Positions 63,573 to 64,000 of a stretch of DNA of 64,000 nucleotides are shown here, one piece after another (position 1 is the stretch's first letter; the number at the start of each line of letters is the position of its first letter). The translations under genes and the position numbers were made by a program. Source of the DNA: Botryllus schlosseri (taxonomy: Eukaryota); contig CM119373.1 of NCBI GenBank assembly GCA_051294905.1, positions 23,188,001 through 23,252,000 on the forward strand. The letters are read 5' to 3'. Under the pieces are notes generated by a model. That model had not been told where the DNA came from, did no database searches, and saw only the letters and a list, made by a program, of their open reading frames with translations.

Positions 63573-64000
63573 GTAAAGATGTTTTCCGTGATCCACATAG
63601 ATTGCGTACATTACTTTCCTTTCAGCAGTTGATTTATACGGTTTTATTTGACCAAGCGGCTTTGCTTAGTGCACATCTTCCATCTGATAATTTACTAATG
63701 TTGATAATTCAATGCTTAGAGAGTTTGCGATCAGAAATACTTCTGTCACAGCGCAGATCATGAATTGTATATGGCTTACAATAATTCTAGTAACACAGTA
63801 CCTAAAAGAACTCTCGGATTGTTGGAATATTCAGATCACCTTCTGAAATCTGCTACCTCGTAGTAGGCGAAGGGTTACCATATGTCCTCATTCAGGACAA
63901 TGATTTATTGATGGCACCCAAATCTCCTCCTGTTTCGCAATTCGCCATCCTTGATAGCTTTGAAAGTGATGCGATCGTGGAGAGATAACTATAATAGTGG

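Larger units (their letters stand above)
47865..63800 (+). repeat. Tandem segmental duplicate of ~30525-44060 (upstream region, exons and non-TE intron sequence)
   Basis: Colinear homology blocks, e.g. 30531-30960/47871-48300, 31000-31470/48730-49215, 31500-32230/51000-51850, 33400-33750/56000-56360, 40785-41080/59797-60030, 42480-42800/63380-63720. Confidence 0.9.

Overview
Eukaryotic (animal) genomic DNA: AT-rich, with GT-AG introns and dense transposons. An invertebrate such as an ascidian is plausible but is only an inference. Most six-frame ORFs are spurious. By manual exon stitching I recover three genes. (1) A multi-exon, divergent FAF1-like gene (UAS + coiled-coil + UBX) on + at about 8.3-20.5 kb; its UBX lacks the canonical p97-binding FPR motif. 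(2,3) Two tandem paralogous genes for a secreted fibrinogen-related-domain (FReD) protein: copy 1 is complete (30726-47248, 268 aa) and copy 2 (48070 onward) runs off the window and has lost its canonical first splice donor. Mobile DNA includes a 5'-truncated CR1-group LINE with an open 619-aa RT ORF and (CT)n tail, lying inside a Hermes-like hAT element, plus a near-identical 3' copy at 60.7 kb. There is also a decayed piggyBac, tRNA-headed SINEs (one sharing its 3' end with a decayed LINE), many hAT non-autonomous elements with clean 8-bp target-site duplications (TSDs) including multi-level nests, two nested fold-back elements and a perfect 328-bp spacerless palindrome 650 bp upstream of FReD copy 1. 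I found no CRISPR array, rRNA or functional tRNA, and no clearly new multi-gene system can be demonstrated. All alignments and family assignments were made by eye from remembered family motifs; no database search was run.
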